Shown here: in pieces, positions 51,805 to 64,000 of the stretch
How positions within the stretch are numbered: the first letter of the stretch is position 1
Layout of the letters: each line of letters starts with the position of its first letter
Assembly: GCA_964016885.1 (NCBI GenBank)
Contig: OZ024741.1
Location: forward strand, 192,076,001 to 192,140,000
Direction of reading: 5' to 3'
Length of the DNA: 64,000 nt
From: Eledone cirrhosa
Lineage: Eukaryota
The notes under the pieces: model-generated
What the model saw: only the letters and a program-made list of their open reading frames with translations
What the model was told of the DNA's origin: nothing
The model's database searches: none
Translations under genes and position numbers: made by a program

Positions 51805-54619
51805 TGTATGCATGCATCCAGTGTTGTGTGAGTTTGCACCATGCAAGCATGGGTTGGATTAGCTATAAAACATTGCCTTTTTGAGGCAATGTTTTATAGC
51901 TGTATGCCATTCCTGACACCCACCCTTTTAGTCGCTTCATACAGCCCTCACGGGTATGATGTACTTTTTCTAAACCAAAAACACACGCATGTATATATAT
52001 ATATTGGAATTGGAGGTGGAAATTCCTTTGAGTCTAGGATAATTGTCCACCTGAATTAACTTTTGTGGAACTACATTTCTTCTTGTGTATGTGATTGTTG
52101 CTGTTTCAGGTTGTTTCTTGTTCACCTGGCTTTAATCAGTGATCAGTTTCCAGCGCCCACTGTGAGGAGGTCAACAACTTGGGCCCTGGAACTACATGTG
52201 ACAATTTAGATCAAAGTGGGTTTTACAAATTCAGTTATAGACCAGGTATTTATTGCCTTGCAGCAGAAGAGCTGCACTGCTGTTTTCTACCCTCATTGAG
52301 ACATTCAGTTTATGCTGGATCAGAATGTTGGGTTCATCATCAATGTTTCATCTCTAATTGTGTCAATGATTCATTAACAATTACTTCACGTGTACATTAA
52401 TGTCTCACTTATCCAAATTTCCTTTAAGTACATCTTTGAGCCATTTTACTTAATTCAGTAAAATAGTCTGTTTGGCCAAACCAATGGTCCAGTATATATT
52501 CTCTCTAACTCTGACTCTCTATGCATGTGTGTGTATAAACTAAGCATGTATTGAGTTCTCTTTGTTATACAGGTTGCTATTCTAAGTATGAATATATATA
52601 TTAATATGTGCACTAAGCAGCTGAAGTATATGATAAAGTTAGATTTATATATATACAGAATAGAAATAACTGTGACTGAATAAAACTGTAAATATATACA
52701 TATTTTGTAAACATGGTAAATACATTTTCTCTGTCAATTGAAAAAATGATAAATACCTTTAACTGTTTAAAGGTGTTTATCATCTTTTCACTCTACATAG
52801 AAATACGTGTTTGGCATATTTACATGCCTAAAAATGTTTATTTATATACATATTTATGCAAAATGACTTCTATTTTCTAATTAAACATATAACTTATCAC
52901 ACATATACATACATACATATATATATATATATAGTTCAAAATTCAAGAAAACCAAGGACAGTATTATTATTATTTATGTAGACATCACTATGGACGTTTC
53001 AATGTGGCAAGAATATCCCATCCATTTGTGGAGAAAAATGGACATTACCAGTTAGTTATTTACTCTATTATGGCTGCTCTACTCAGACTGTATCTCTTCA
53101 GGAAATATATAAAAGAAAAAATATGAAAAATTCAGGACCCCGATGGCTGAGCTCCTGCCGTTTCAACAGCTTCGGATCTAGCTGTTGAAATAGCTCAGTC
53201 ATCGGGGTCCTGAATTTTTCATATTACCCACTCTACTACCCCAAGTATAGAGTACTCTAGTGAGTAATGGTCTTACTGGTTTTTACTGATATAACAAAAA
53301 ATAATAAATTAATTAATATCATAAAACAAGTTATCAAGAATAATAGAGAATACATGTGAAAATTTCAAGTTTAAAATTCCATGTTTTGAATGCACCTTGC
53401 TTTCAATCCTCTATTATTCTTGATAACTTATATTAATCAATTTATAGTTATTTTTTGTTATATATATTTCCTGAAGAGTTACAGTCTGAGTAGAGCAGCC
53501 ATAATGGAGTAACTAACTGGTAATATCCAGTTTTCTCCACAAATGAATGGGATATTCTAGCCACATTAAAACGTCTATAGTGATGTATTCATAAATAATA
53601 ATAATACTGTTCTTGGTTTTCTTGTAAATGCTCTGCTACTGAAGTCTCCCGTTATTCATCCAGTTTTCTGTTCACTCCTGAAGAACTAAGGGTGGAAAAG
53701 GTGCATTGAATTTATCTCATCTTACTAATGCAAATATATATGCTACCAAAATTAGATTAATGATGCCATGTCTGAGAATATCAGAAACATGCACCATATC
53801 ACCCGTGGAATAAGCTCAAAGATTCCAAGTAATAAATCCGAGCATTTATTAACATTAAATTAAAAGTCGATTGACATATATATATAAAATAAACACATCA
53901 AACAATTACAGGGGATAATTTGTAAAGAGTGTAAACACACATAGTTACGGAGGTAAACATATTAAAAATTAACAAGAGCCTTGAATATAGATAACTTGCA
54001 ATAATGATTAATCTCCTTTGTATATAAATTGGTAAAGCAAATTATTTCGAATTAAGTTTAAATTAAATTTTTGTGACGAGTGGTGACACTTTGTATAAAG
54101 GGAGATAATCTTTATTTCTAAATCTGATTAGTTTTATATTTTATTGTTTTATGGTGCATTCTTTTTATTTATGGAGATGGTGCAGTTACAGTGGTGGTAT
54201 ATTTATATGTGTATGTTGGTTGTGTTGTAAATCCTGTATTAGCCTGTTGAATTTCATTTTAGGACATTTTATACGCTCAGTTATTAAAATAGTAGATTGC
54301 ATATCTCTCTCTATATATATATAATATACTGTGTTTTCTTTTCATTTTTATTGTGGTTATTGAAATATATATGTGTATGTGTGTGTGGCGGTGAAATGGC
54401 GGTCGTTATAACATTGAATAGAATGTTGTGTGGTATTCGCTTCGGCACTCTGCTTTTCAAGTTCAAATCCCGCAGAGGCCAACTTTGCCTTTCATCCATT
54501 CAAGGTCGATAAAAAATGTACTAGTCTAGTAATGGGATCAATTCTTCCCCTGTATCTCTTTATCATTTCCTATCCCTCACTCTATCCTTCTCTGGAAGAA
54601 CTGATAGAGTGTGAGTGAT

Positions 54620-54880
54620 TTGAGCGGAAAACTTGTCATAAGAGGAATTGGATGTAATGTGCAAGAGAGAAGACTGTGCTGGTATGGGCATGTGATGTGT
54701 ATGGAGGATAACAGCTGCATAAAGAAATGCAGAGCTATCTCAATAAATGGAACCCAAAGAAAAGGCAGACCCAGAAAGACGGGATGAAGTAGTGAAGAGT
54801 GACCTTAAGAAACAAAAGCCTCACAACTGAGATAATGAAGGTTCAAGTGTGCAGGCACTATGCTGTGATGATGAAGACCC
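54620..54880 (+). mobile_element. RTE LINE 3' ORF fragment
   Basis: VQERRLCWYGHV...KGRPRKT, homologous to the C-terminus of the RTE family. Confidence 0.6.
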
Positions 54881-56074
54881 GTACAATATAACCTGGCCTA
54901 TCCATGAGCCCCTCCCCTTCCTCCAGCATCAATCCTCACCACTAATGCACCCATCAACCATACCCCCATCCAGAACCACTCCTTAAATACTACCCCCTCT
55001 AAAGTCTTTAGATATCCTCACCATTGCATCCTGGTAGCTACTCCCTTTACCTCTTGTTCATCCTCTCCCGCACTAAAACTGCTTGCGTCCCTTATCTATC
55101 TCTCCACCACCTCTCTATCAAGTACATCCTTCACACTACTGAATCCCCTCGTCCTATAAATTAACCAGCTATCCATACCCCTTATTTATTCCTTACCTAT
55201 CTCTCCATCGTGCTCCCTACCCCCACCATATAGACCACATCCTATGCACTACTACATCCTCATACACTAATCAGCTACCCCTATCCTTTACTCATTGCCC
55301 TGCCAAATTCCTACAAACACTTATAACTTCATACCTATCCCCCTCCCCAGAGCCAAGAGAACTCTACAGTTGGGTCTATGACCTTTCTACTGATGGTGCC
55401 ATGAAAATGCTCCCAGTACACTCCGTAAGGGTGGTTGGCAACAAGAAGGGCGCCTCACTGTAAAAAGTATGCCTAAAAGGGTTGAGAGGACCTTTTATTT
55501 GTGTCAAAGACGCAACAACCTTTCTTGTGTTGGAATCTACACAATAAACACACCCAGTACATGCTGTAATGTAATTGTTGATAAGAAGGACATCCATCTG
55601 TAGAAAGCTTGCTGAACAAAGGGTTGGAAGGACCTTTCCATTGTGTCAAAGACACGACAGCCTCCTTAGTGCTGGTGATCTACACACTCTAAAGTGGTTG
55701 GTGTTACGAAGGGTATCCAGCCATAGAAGGCTTGCTAAACAAGGGGTTAGGAGGACCCTTCAGTTTGTGTCAAAAGGCGCAACTTCTCTGCACTTGATAT
55801 GACCGTACTTAAGTGAGATACAGATCCCTTGGCCTGTCTGGCAGGTCAGTAGCTCCACTTTGCTACTGACTTGGTTTATGTAAACTCATTCAACTCTTGA
55901 TAGCAGGGAAAGTGGACATTATATGATGATAATTGTTTCTACTTTTGGCACAAGGCCAGCAATTACCCAGTACATTACTGGTACTTTATTTTATCGACTC
56001 CGTAAGGATGAAAGGCAAAGTTGACCTCGGTGGGATTTGAACTCAGAATGGATGATGATAATGATATATCATCA

Positions 56075-58030
56075 TTATCTTCATCATTGTCTAACGTCCA
56101 TTTTGCCACACTTCCATGGGTTAAGCGAGTTGTCCTGTTGTGATAAATGCCAGGTCAGGTGACCATGTCTTGCTCATACAGAACTGATTTTGGCTTGGTT
56201 TCTACAGTTGGATGCCCTTCATAATACCAACCACATTTACAGTGAGTACTAGATGCTTTTTGTTGTGACACCTTCACACTAATATTACAAAGCCATCGGA
56301 GCATACTAACTTCATTTCACTCCAGCCTTTGCAGGTCTTCTGCGGTTAAGGCCCATGTTTCACTGCCATGTAGCATTGCAGATTGTGCACAGGCATCATA
56401 CAATCTGCCCTTCACTCTGAATGAGAATCTCTTTGTTATCAGCAGAGGTATCAGCTCTCTAAACTTCTTCCAACCTGTTCTGATCCTGGCTATCACATTG
56501 GCTATCCCTCACTGCTAATTTGATCACCTAAGTAACAAAAGCTGTTGACAATTTCTAATGAGCCTCCCTAGCAGCTGAAGGAATCTACTTTATGCTGGTT
56601 TTTAGTACTTACTTCTCCTGTCCATCTGCACATGCAAAGTCTACCTTTTCCATAAATCTGCCTATAATCTCACTACATCTCTTGTGTGTCCATAGATTGC
56701 ACTGTATGCACCTTATAGAATTTTTATCCACCCCTTTCTGATGTATTGAACAAGGCCATTTTCTTGATGGTATCACTCTCCTGTTCTCTTTCCCATTCAT
56801 TAGCACTTTTGTCTTTGCTAAGTTTAGTTATAGGCCTTTCAACTCTTCTTCCCTGTTTGAAAGTTTGCTTCTAACTCTCCTATGGATTTAGCTATGAGGA
56901 CTAGGTTATCAGCATATAAGAGCTCCCATGGAGTGCCAGTTTTAAACACTTCAATGGTGGCCTGAAAAACAATGATAAACAGGAGTGGACTGATGACTGA
57001 GCCCTGGTGGATACCTACCTACACTTCAAATTTATCACTGTACTCACTTCTAACCATAAGCCTGTTGGTTGCTCCTTTTTACATGGCCTGCACGGCCCTC
57101 GCAAGCCATATCTACAAAAGCCAGATATTATTGTTTACTCTTAGCTAAGTACTTCTGCAGTTGTCTCACTGTAAAGAGGGTGTAGTGAAGGGACACCTGG
57201 TGTGACAGCTATGCAGAGTTACCTGCACATAGCTCTGACGTCACCAAAAAGATATAAACTTAGGCAGCTATTTCCGAAGGGACAACACGTATAATGTTGG
57301 AGCTGACTTCTACCTATGGAGAGATATTTTCTGCCTTCTCTCCCTAGAGATGACTCCTACCTATGAAGAGATGACTCCTGTCTTCTCTCTCTCTGCTGTA
57401 TACGCTCCAGTCTTGGAGTCGAGACCAACTCACCAACTACACCATCACGACATGTGGTAAAATATTTCTATTGTGTTATTATTGACTCCTGTGATATAAA
57501 ACATTGTACAAACACGCACCAGCCATTCTTATTCGTTTTAACATTATTGCAAGTAATATATACACTAATACTTTTCATCTAAAAGGGCATCAATAGTACA
57601 CTTGCCTGGCATAAATCCAAACTGCATCTCATCTAATTTAATTCTGTTGCTAATTAGTTGTGATATAAACCTTTCAGCAATTTTCATGACTTGGTCGATC
57701 AACTTGATACCTCTAGTTGCTTCTTTCTGGTGTATCTCCTTTGCTCTTGTAGTAATTTACAATGACACTGCTGCGCCAGTCACTGTGAATGACCTCTTTA
57801 TGTACTAGTTGATTAACTATGTCTGACTGATGCATATTCGATCATGCCAGATGCTTTTAGCATCTCAGCAACTATACTAGATGGTCCAGCTAACTTCCCT
57901 ACCTTCATGTACTTAATTGCTTTATCTATCACACTGCTGTCAACTTTTATAGCTGGTCGCTCAGTTGGATCTACATGAGGTATGCCCTTGCTGTTCCATT
58001 TATTCTCTTCAATCAGCAGTCTTTCTATAT
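56075..58030 (-). mobile_element. Diverged RTE LINE with an internal insertion
   Basis: Fragments GKLAGPSSIVAEMLKASG, DEMQFGFMPG, GIHQGSVISPLLF, WELLYADNL and WTHKRCS, plus a 3' tail. Confidence 0.8.
57181..57582. mobile_element. ~400-bp insertion, solo-LTR-like
   Basis: Interrupts the RTE between aaagaggg and aaaagggcat (possible 4-5-bp TSD). Starts TGTAGTG, with CACTAATA near the end and an internal TATAAA. Confidence 0.4.
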
Positions 58031-58033
58031 TCA

Positions 58034-58283
58034 TATATTTCTGTCACTAATTTTCTCCTAATGCAGTTTATATATAATATTGTCTTTTTTTAAATGTATC
58101 ATGGATTACGTTACTGATTACAGAAGACAGTGTAACACAGTCTTCGTTCAATTTCTGTGTATATTGTCAATTACGGTTTTATTTGATGTATCATATCTAC
58201 ATGCATATATACTTGCGTATAATATCAATATATACACTACACATGCTAGCAGAAAACCACCCGAAGGGTGGTTTTTCTGCTAG
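58034..58283 (+). mobile_element. Helitron 3' fragment of the same family
   Basis: Reverse-complement match to 20098-20370; ends gctagcagaaaaccacccgaagggtggtttttctgCTAG|T. Confidence 0.78.
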
Positions 58284-59104
58284 TTTATTCTAAAACACTA
58301 TAATCTTATTAACAAAGACTTTATTAGATATTGAAACACTTTACTCTTATGTTCAACATGAAGATATTGCAGAACTGTGGTCCTTTAAACACCCAATCTA
58401 TTGCAATATTTGGTCCTAACTTAGGACAAGATTGTAGTTCAGTGGACTTGCACAGTGTTTAATTCCATAGTTTGCTAGCATTCTTTGAAAGTACTGAAAG
58501 TAGTAGATTAGCAGAGTCATTAGAGCATTGCACACATGCTTAGCAGCGTCTTTACATTCTGAGTTTATCCTTTGAACATCAGCAGTTTGCTTGATGCTTA
58601 GGTAGCATGACAATTGGTGGCGTTTGAAAACACAGATCTGAAGTCCAAACCTGAATGAAATGTGGATGCAGAAACAGTCATCTAGATAGGTACTAGTCCA
58701 GCACAAGATTTGGCATTTAGCCATATGAATGAGTTTGGTATATCATATTGTTAATAACAACAAATTCCTTTAATGATTGTCTTTGATATTTTGGTGTCAC
58801 CTATACAGTTAGTATAAGTGACTGTTCTAATAACTACAGAGATCTCTGAGAGAGCTACTACCAACAGTAAGGCCCCCAAATAGTTCCCCAAGGCACTCCA
58901 CTCAGAATATTTTACTTTTTTTAAAGGATGCCAATAGCTGCAACAGCTTAAAATGCCCTCCAACCAATTTTGTGGTTTTCCAACTATGTCAGATCCTATA
59001 TACTTCGGGGTTGATAAAATAAAGCACCAGTAATGCACTGGGGTAATTGCTGGCCTTGTGCCAAAAGTAAAAACAATTATTTAGAGTTTGGCATAATGAT
59101 CTAG

Positions 59105-59515
59105 GGGTTACAATGAAGACATTTTTGGCATAATGATCTAGGGGCTACTTTGAGGAAATTTAACATAGGGCAAAAGTTGACTTGTACCATACAACAACTT
59201 TAAGTCTAAGCAACCTTTGCAGTACTTGTACAATACACAATTGGAGAATAGTTCCATAAGACTGTAGACATCCATCAAAATTGACTCCTCTTCCTCAATC
59301 TATTCAACATGTTCTTGTAGATCATGCAGGCACAGTCAACTTTGAAGGGAAAAACATCACAAACTTAAGATTTGCAGTTGACATTGATGGCTTGGCAGAA
59401 AAAGAGGATGAACTGGTTTACTTAATTAACCACCTTTATAAAGCAAATTTGGAATCAGTACCAAAAAAACCAAATTCATGACAAACGCCAACAATGTCAT
59501 CATGACAGACATCTC
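59105..59515 (+). mobile_element. Degenerate RTE-like RT fragment
   Basis: GTVNFEGKNITNLRFAVDIDGLA (degenerate LRFADD). Confidence 0.55.
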
Positions 59516-59559
59516 GATATGTAAAGAAAATAAACCGAATACTCTGATGGCTGGATAAT

Positions 59560-60257
59560 TTTAAAGATTTTCCTCGATGAAGCAGCAAAAATGCAGGTTT
59601 TCACCTAATGCGGACCCTAGGGGGTCAAGAAAATTATTTTTTTTTATGTGCATTATATGCCTGAAATTTCGGGAAAATCGGCTAGACGTAACGCCTCAAA
59701 AAAGCCCTAAAAAGCTGAAAAAATGAAGTTTTTCACCTAATGTGGGCCCTAGGCCATAAAAAAGTTGGATTTTCTTTGCTCACGGTATGAAGAAGAGACT
59801 GACTAATACATAGTTACAATTTCAAGTAAATCGGTCTGACGCAATGCCTTTTTTATGTGCATAACACTCCCTGAAACATAAGTAATACACATGTAAAGTT
59901 TGAAAAATTCTGTTGGGTATTTCTCGAGTTTTAGGGATTCAAATTCACAGGCACACACACAGACGGACATCCTCAGGGAAGCGATGTAATGCAGACATAC
60001 AGACATATTATAAGGGCGCGACGTTATATGTATGTATCTATCTAAAAAGAGAAAGACTAAGAATTATAGAGAGAGATCGGTAAATGGCCTAATGCGGTCT
60101 TTAGGGACATGAAAATTTGAAATTCTTTTGCTCAGAATACTCCCTGAAATATAAGTATTACATGTGTAAAGTTTGAAAACAGTCGGTTGGGTGGTTATCG
60201 AGTTTTAGGGATTCAAACTCACACACACACAGACATCCTTAGTTTTATATATATAGA
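59560..60257 (-). mobile_element. Helitron-like 5' portion with internal duplication
   Basis: Minus strand starts TCTATATATATAAAACT..GATGTCTGTGTGTG..CCCTAAAACTCG. 59865-59975 is duplicated at 60138-60240. No 3' end found. Confidence 0.55.
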
Positions 60258-60849
60258 CTAGCAGAAAACCACCCGGTGGGCGGTTTTCTGCTAGCAAATC
60301 TAGTGTATATACTGATATTGTTGAAATTTGGATGAGAAATGTTTTCGGCACCACATGTTCACCGTCTCTCAGTGTGTCTTTTATGCATGTATAAATATAT
60401 ATGTTATCTATACGGTGAAATCTTTGAAATAAATATGTTAAAACGAAAAAGGAGAAAAAGAGATTAGTGACGGAAATATAAACGTTATGATACATAAACG
60501 TTATGATATAACGATGGAAATATATCTTCAAATGGTCCTTGGCATGGTGTCAAGTTAGAACCGCCTCGAACTGGTTACTTCTGGCTTGTGCAAGGTGTCT
60601 CTATAGCAACCAGCGATTCCTTCGGCCTCAGTGACCAAAGTTAGTGGAGAGGGGAAGGTAATGTTTCTATAGCGACAGTGTTTCTCTTGGTAGTACCAAA
60701 GTGGAGAAAGGAAGGGGAAGGTAATATTTCTGTAGCACCTACATTTGAGTTTTAGGGAAGGACAGACAGACAGACAAACAGAGAAATGCCCATATATTTC
60801 TGTGTGTGTATATATATATATTACACACACAGAAATGTATATATATTTC

Positions 60850-60926
<77 letters not shown>

Positions 60927-62077
60927 CACACACAGAAATGTATATATATTTCTGTGTGTATATATACATATATTACACACAGAGAAATGTATATATATTT
61001 CTGTGTGTGTATATATATATATATCTCTGTGTGTATATATATATATATTACACACACAGAAATGTATATATATTTCTGTGTGTATATATATATATTACAC
61101 ACACAGAAATGTATATATATTTCTTAGAACAAAATTATTATTAATGTTTTGCTGTTCATAACAATTGGAATTGAAAAATTACTTTTGAAATTATTAGTTA
61201 TTTTACTAATGCTTAGATATGTAAAAATGAAGCAATGTTTCTAATAATTGTTTCTACTTTTGGCACAAGGCCAGCAATTACCCAGTACATTACTGGTACT
61301 TCATTTTATCGACCCCGTGAGGATGAAAGGCAAAGTTAACCTCGGCGGTATTTGAACTCAGACCGCAAAGGGACGTAACTCCATGCAATGGAGCATGGTG
61401 TCCGACTCTCTACAGATTCTGCCAATCCACCGCCTTAATGTCTGTACGTAATGGGGGAGTGAGAGGGGAGAGAAAGAAAGGCAGAGGTGAAGTGACGAAG
61501 TGACTCTCTCCTCCTCCTCCATCTCCCCATTCGTCACAGCGATAGAGGGGAGGAATGTTAGTGTGTTACAAAGAGAAAGAGTGAGAGTGAGAGAAACAGA
61601 CAGACTAAAAGAGAGGGATAGCTGGAGAGAGAGAGAGATAGCAACAGATACAGTACAGTAGCTAAGGGATGTATATATATTTCTGTGTGTATATATATAT
61701 ATATACATTTCTGTGTGTGTAATATATATATATACACACACAGAAATATATATACATTTCTGTGTGTGTAATATATATATATATATTTCTGTGTGTGTAT
61801 ATATATATATATATTACACGCACAGAAATGTATATATATTTCTGTGTGTATATATATATATTTCTGTGTGTGTATATATATATATATATATATTACACAC
61901 ACACAGAAATGTATATATGTTTCTGTAGCACTCCTCAATTCCCCCTCTCTCCCTCCCGCTATCCCCCTCTTGTAGTCTCTCTCTCTACGTGTGCGCAAAA
62001 AACATTCGCACGCGCGCACGTGTTTCCACTGTCGGACAGACAGACAGAGAAATTGCTGGTTATATATTATAAGGAGA
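60258..62077 (-). mobile_element. Putative non-autonomous Helitron with internal minisatellite arrays and a SINE
   Basis: 3' hairpin plus CTAG at 60258-60295, of the same family. Candidate 5' end A|TCTCCTTATAATATATAA..CTGTCTGTCTGTC at 62077. Confidence 0.55.
60790..61925. repeat. Compound minisatellite arrays (60790-61122 and 61670-61925)
   Basis: Repeated ttacacacacagaaatgtatatatatttctgtgtg(ta)n units; each unit is itself a hairpin (cacacagaaat/atttctgtgtg). Confidence 0.9.
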
Positions 62078-63564
62078 TGAATGTAAGAAGAAGTGAAGTT
62101 CGGTTGTAAATTTTGTAGTCACGAAAGAAATATATCTGTTGCCGCAGTGATAAGAACCTTGTGAAAGGTAGTGTTGGGCTGGCATGCCATTTAGAAAGGA
62201 ACAAACAAATTAAGAGTTAAGACTGGCCGACCAGGCCGAAGTAGAGTTATTGTCATTACATATTGGCTAGTGGTCGAACGGCAAAAGAAAAATGGTGTTT
62301 ACCTTTCTACGATCAAGCAGCAACTGTTTAGTGAAAACAAAAGAAGCGGGAAAATCTTTGAGCTGGGCAGAAGTTGAAATATATCCATGCATGGCTTACG
62401 ATTGGTCTAACATAACCAAATCACGCATGGATAGTTTATTGATACATGCCATGCAAGTAGCTCCGCTACAATTTCAATGTATTACATTTTTTAAACACAA
62501 TATCTTACTTTCTTGTCTTTTTTCCTTACTTTTTCTTTTTTCTTCCTTTACCTCATTGTTTTTTCAGTCTCATGAGACTATAGTTGCTATAAAAAGCACT
62601 ATACCGTCTCTTAGTTGTCACATAAAATTCTGTGTGTACCTGTTATAGCTTAATTGTTATAAGTTATTGTTTTGCTTTGTCTTTTACTCCACAGGCAGCG
62701 CTTTAGCTTGTGTCAGATGTTGTGACATTGGTTGGACCAGCAGTAGCGTCAGTAAGGGTTGAAACTGCCAAAGTCAATTTCCACGGCTGAAGACCTGGGA
62801 GTTGTCTTTCGTTATTTCTTTTTGTTCTGCCTTATTTTTATTTGTTGTCTTCTCTTTGTTCATTTTCTTAATTTCATATGTATGTGTGTGTACTCAAAAG
62901 AAAAACAGAAATAACAAAACAAACAACACAGTACAATGAAGAAATATATTATTAGTTTTACGCTTGATATAGTCTTAACGTTTTGGATACTAGTCCTTCA
63001 CCAGAAAATAGAATGAGAAATTATATATATATAAATATATATATATATAAATATAAATACAATATCGGAGAAAGCTTTTTAGCGATACTCCGGCCAAATT
63101 CCAACTCACTCAACAAACATTAGGAAATAAGTGATTATATTCCCAATTATGTGTTCGGGGTGCTAACTAAAAGTATTGCGTGGAAAATTGACTGTATTAT
63201 TTCAAATGAGACATATCTAATATATCTCTTCCCAGACGGACGTCTCGTTTCATTATAGGACTCCTACAATTTGGGTGAAATTATACCAGTTTATGTAGGA
63301 GCTTGTATATCATCAATAGATATATATTCAAGTGGGCTCCTATAATTCATCAGTGGGTGCCCCAATAATACTAATATTGATAGTCTAACCAACATCAGCA
63401 TTTAGCGATAATCACTTTCTGTGCCTGAGGTATCTGTCAGGTAGCCAGTCCAGCAGTTCTGAAAGAAGTGCTCGAACTGATTCAAAAAATGAGGAAGTGA
63501 ATTACCGCCAAAAAACAATACATGCGCGTGACAATGAACTCTGAAAGGAATTCAGGCCACGTGC

Positions 63565-63735
<171 letters not shown>

Positions 63736-64000
63736 ATAAAATGTGGAGAAGGAGCACACGAGTTGGAATATATATATGTATGAAAATAGGGAGAAAAAGA
63801 CGATTATTAGGAAGAAAAAAAATTTTTTTTTTCCTTTTATTTTTTAATCTTTTTTCTAGGTTAGAAAATGTTTAAAACAAAATATTTTACTTTGTGTTAA
63901 GGTATTAGTTAATTCATTTATTAATTAACAATGGCATTTATTTATTTATTTATTTATATATTTAATAATTGTCTATTACCGGTTTCAGCATTTTATGCAT

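Noticed and set aside
62755-62805. GAAAC...CTGAAGA as a permuted (type II) hammerhead
   Set aside because: Stems I-III cannot be paired convincingly.

Overview
AT-rich, microsatellite- and transposon-dense animal genomic DNA. The SINE/LINE repertoire and long (TA)n tracts suggest a mollusc, most likely an octopus; this is an inference. Two host genes lie head-to-head about 2 kb apart. (1) The 5' part of SCYL1 (N-terminal kinase-like pseudokinase) is on the minus strand. I reconstructed six coding exons (43717-43830, 19976-20035, 17035-17115, 7762-7884, 3197-3396, 2023-2113), all GT-AG and in frame, and the gene continues past the left edge. (2) An intact, intronless 720-aa KCTD3/SHKBP1-family gene (BTB plus WD40-like) is on the plus strand at 45845-48007. 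The rest is nested mobile DNA: RTE, CR1, CRE and R4-like LINE fragments, two tRNA-derived SINE families, a hAT MITE, a mariner relic, non-autonomous Helitrons (including a head-to-tail CTAG|TC junction) and a Penelope-like element with an inverted 5' end. The most striking unexplained pattern is a set of about 8 fold-back (inverted-repeat) inserts, unrelated to each other in sequence and mostly anchored in (TA)n tracts. One carries a complete type I hammerhead ribozyme on both strands. Further minimal hammerhead motifs are scattered across the window. Together they suggest a microsatellite-targeting, ribozyme-bearing Penelope/retrozyme-like system that fills the SCYL1 introns with potential dsRNA. 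Repeat boundaries are approximate unless stated as exact.
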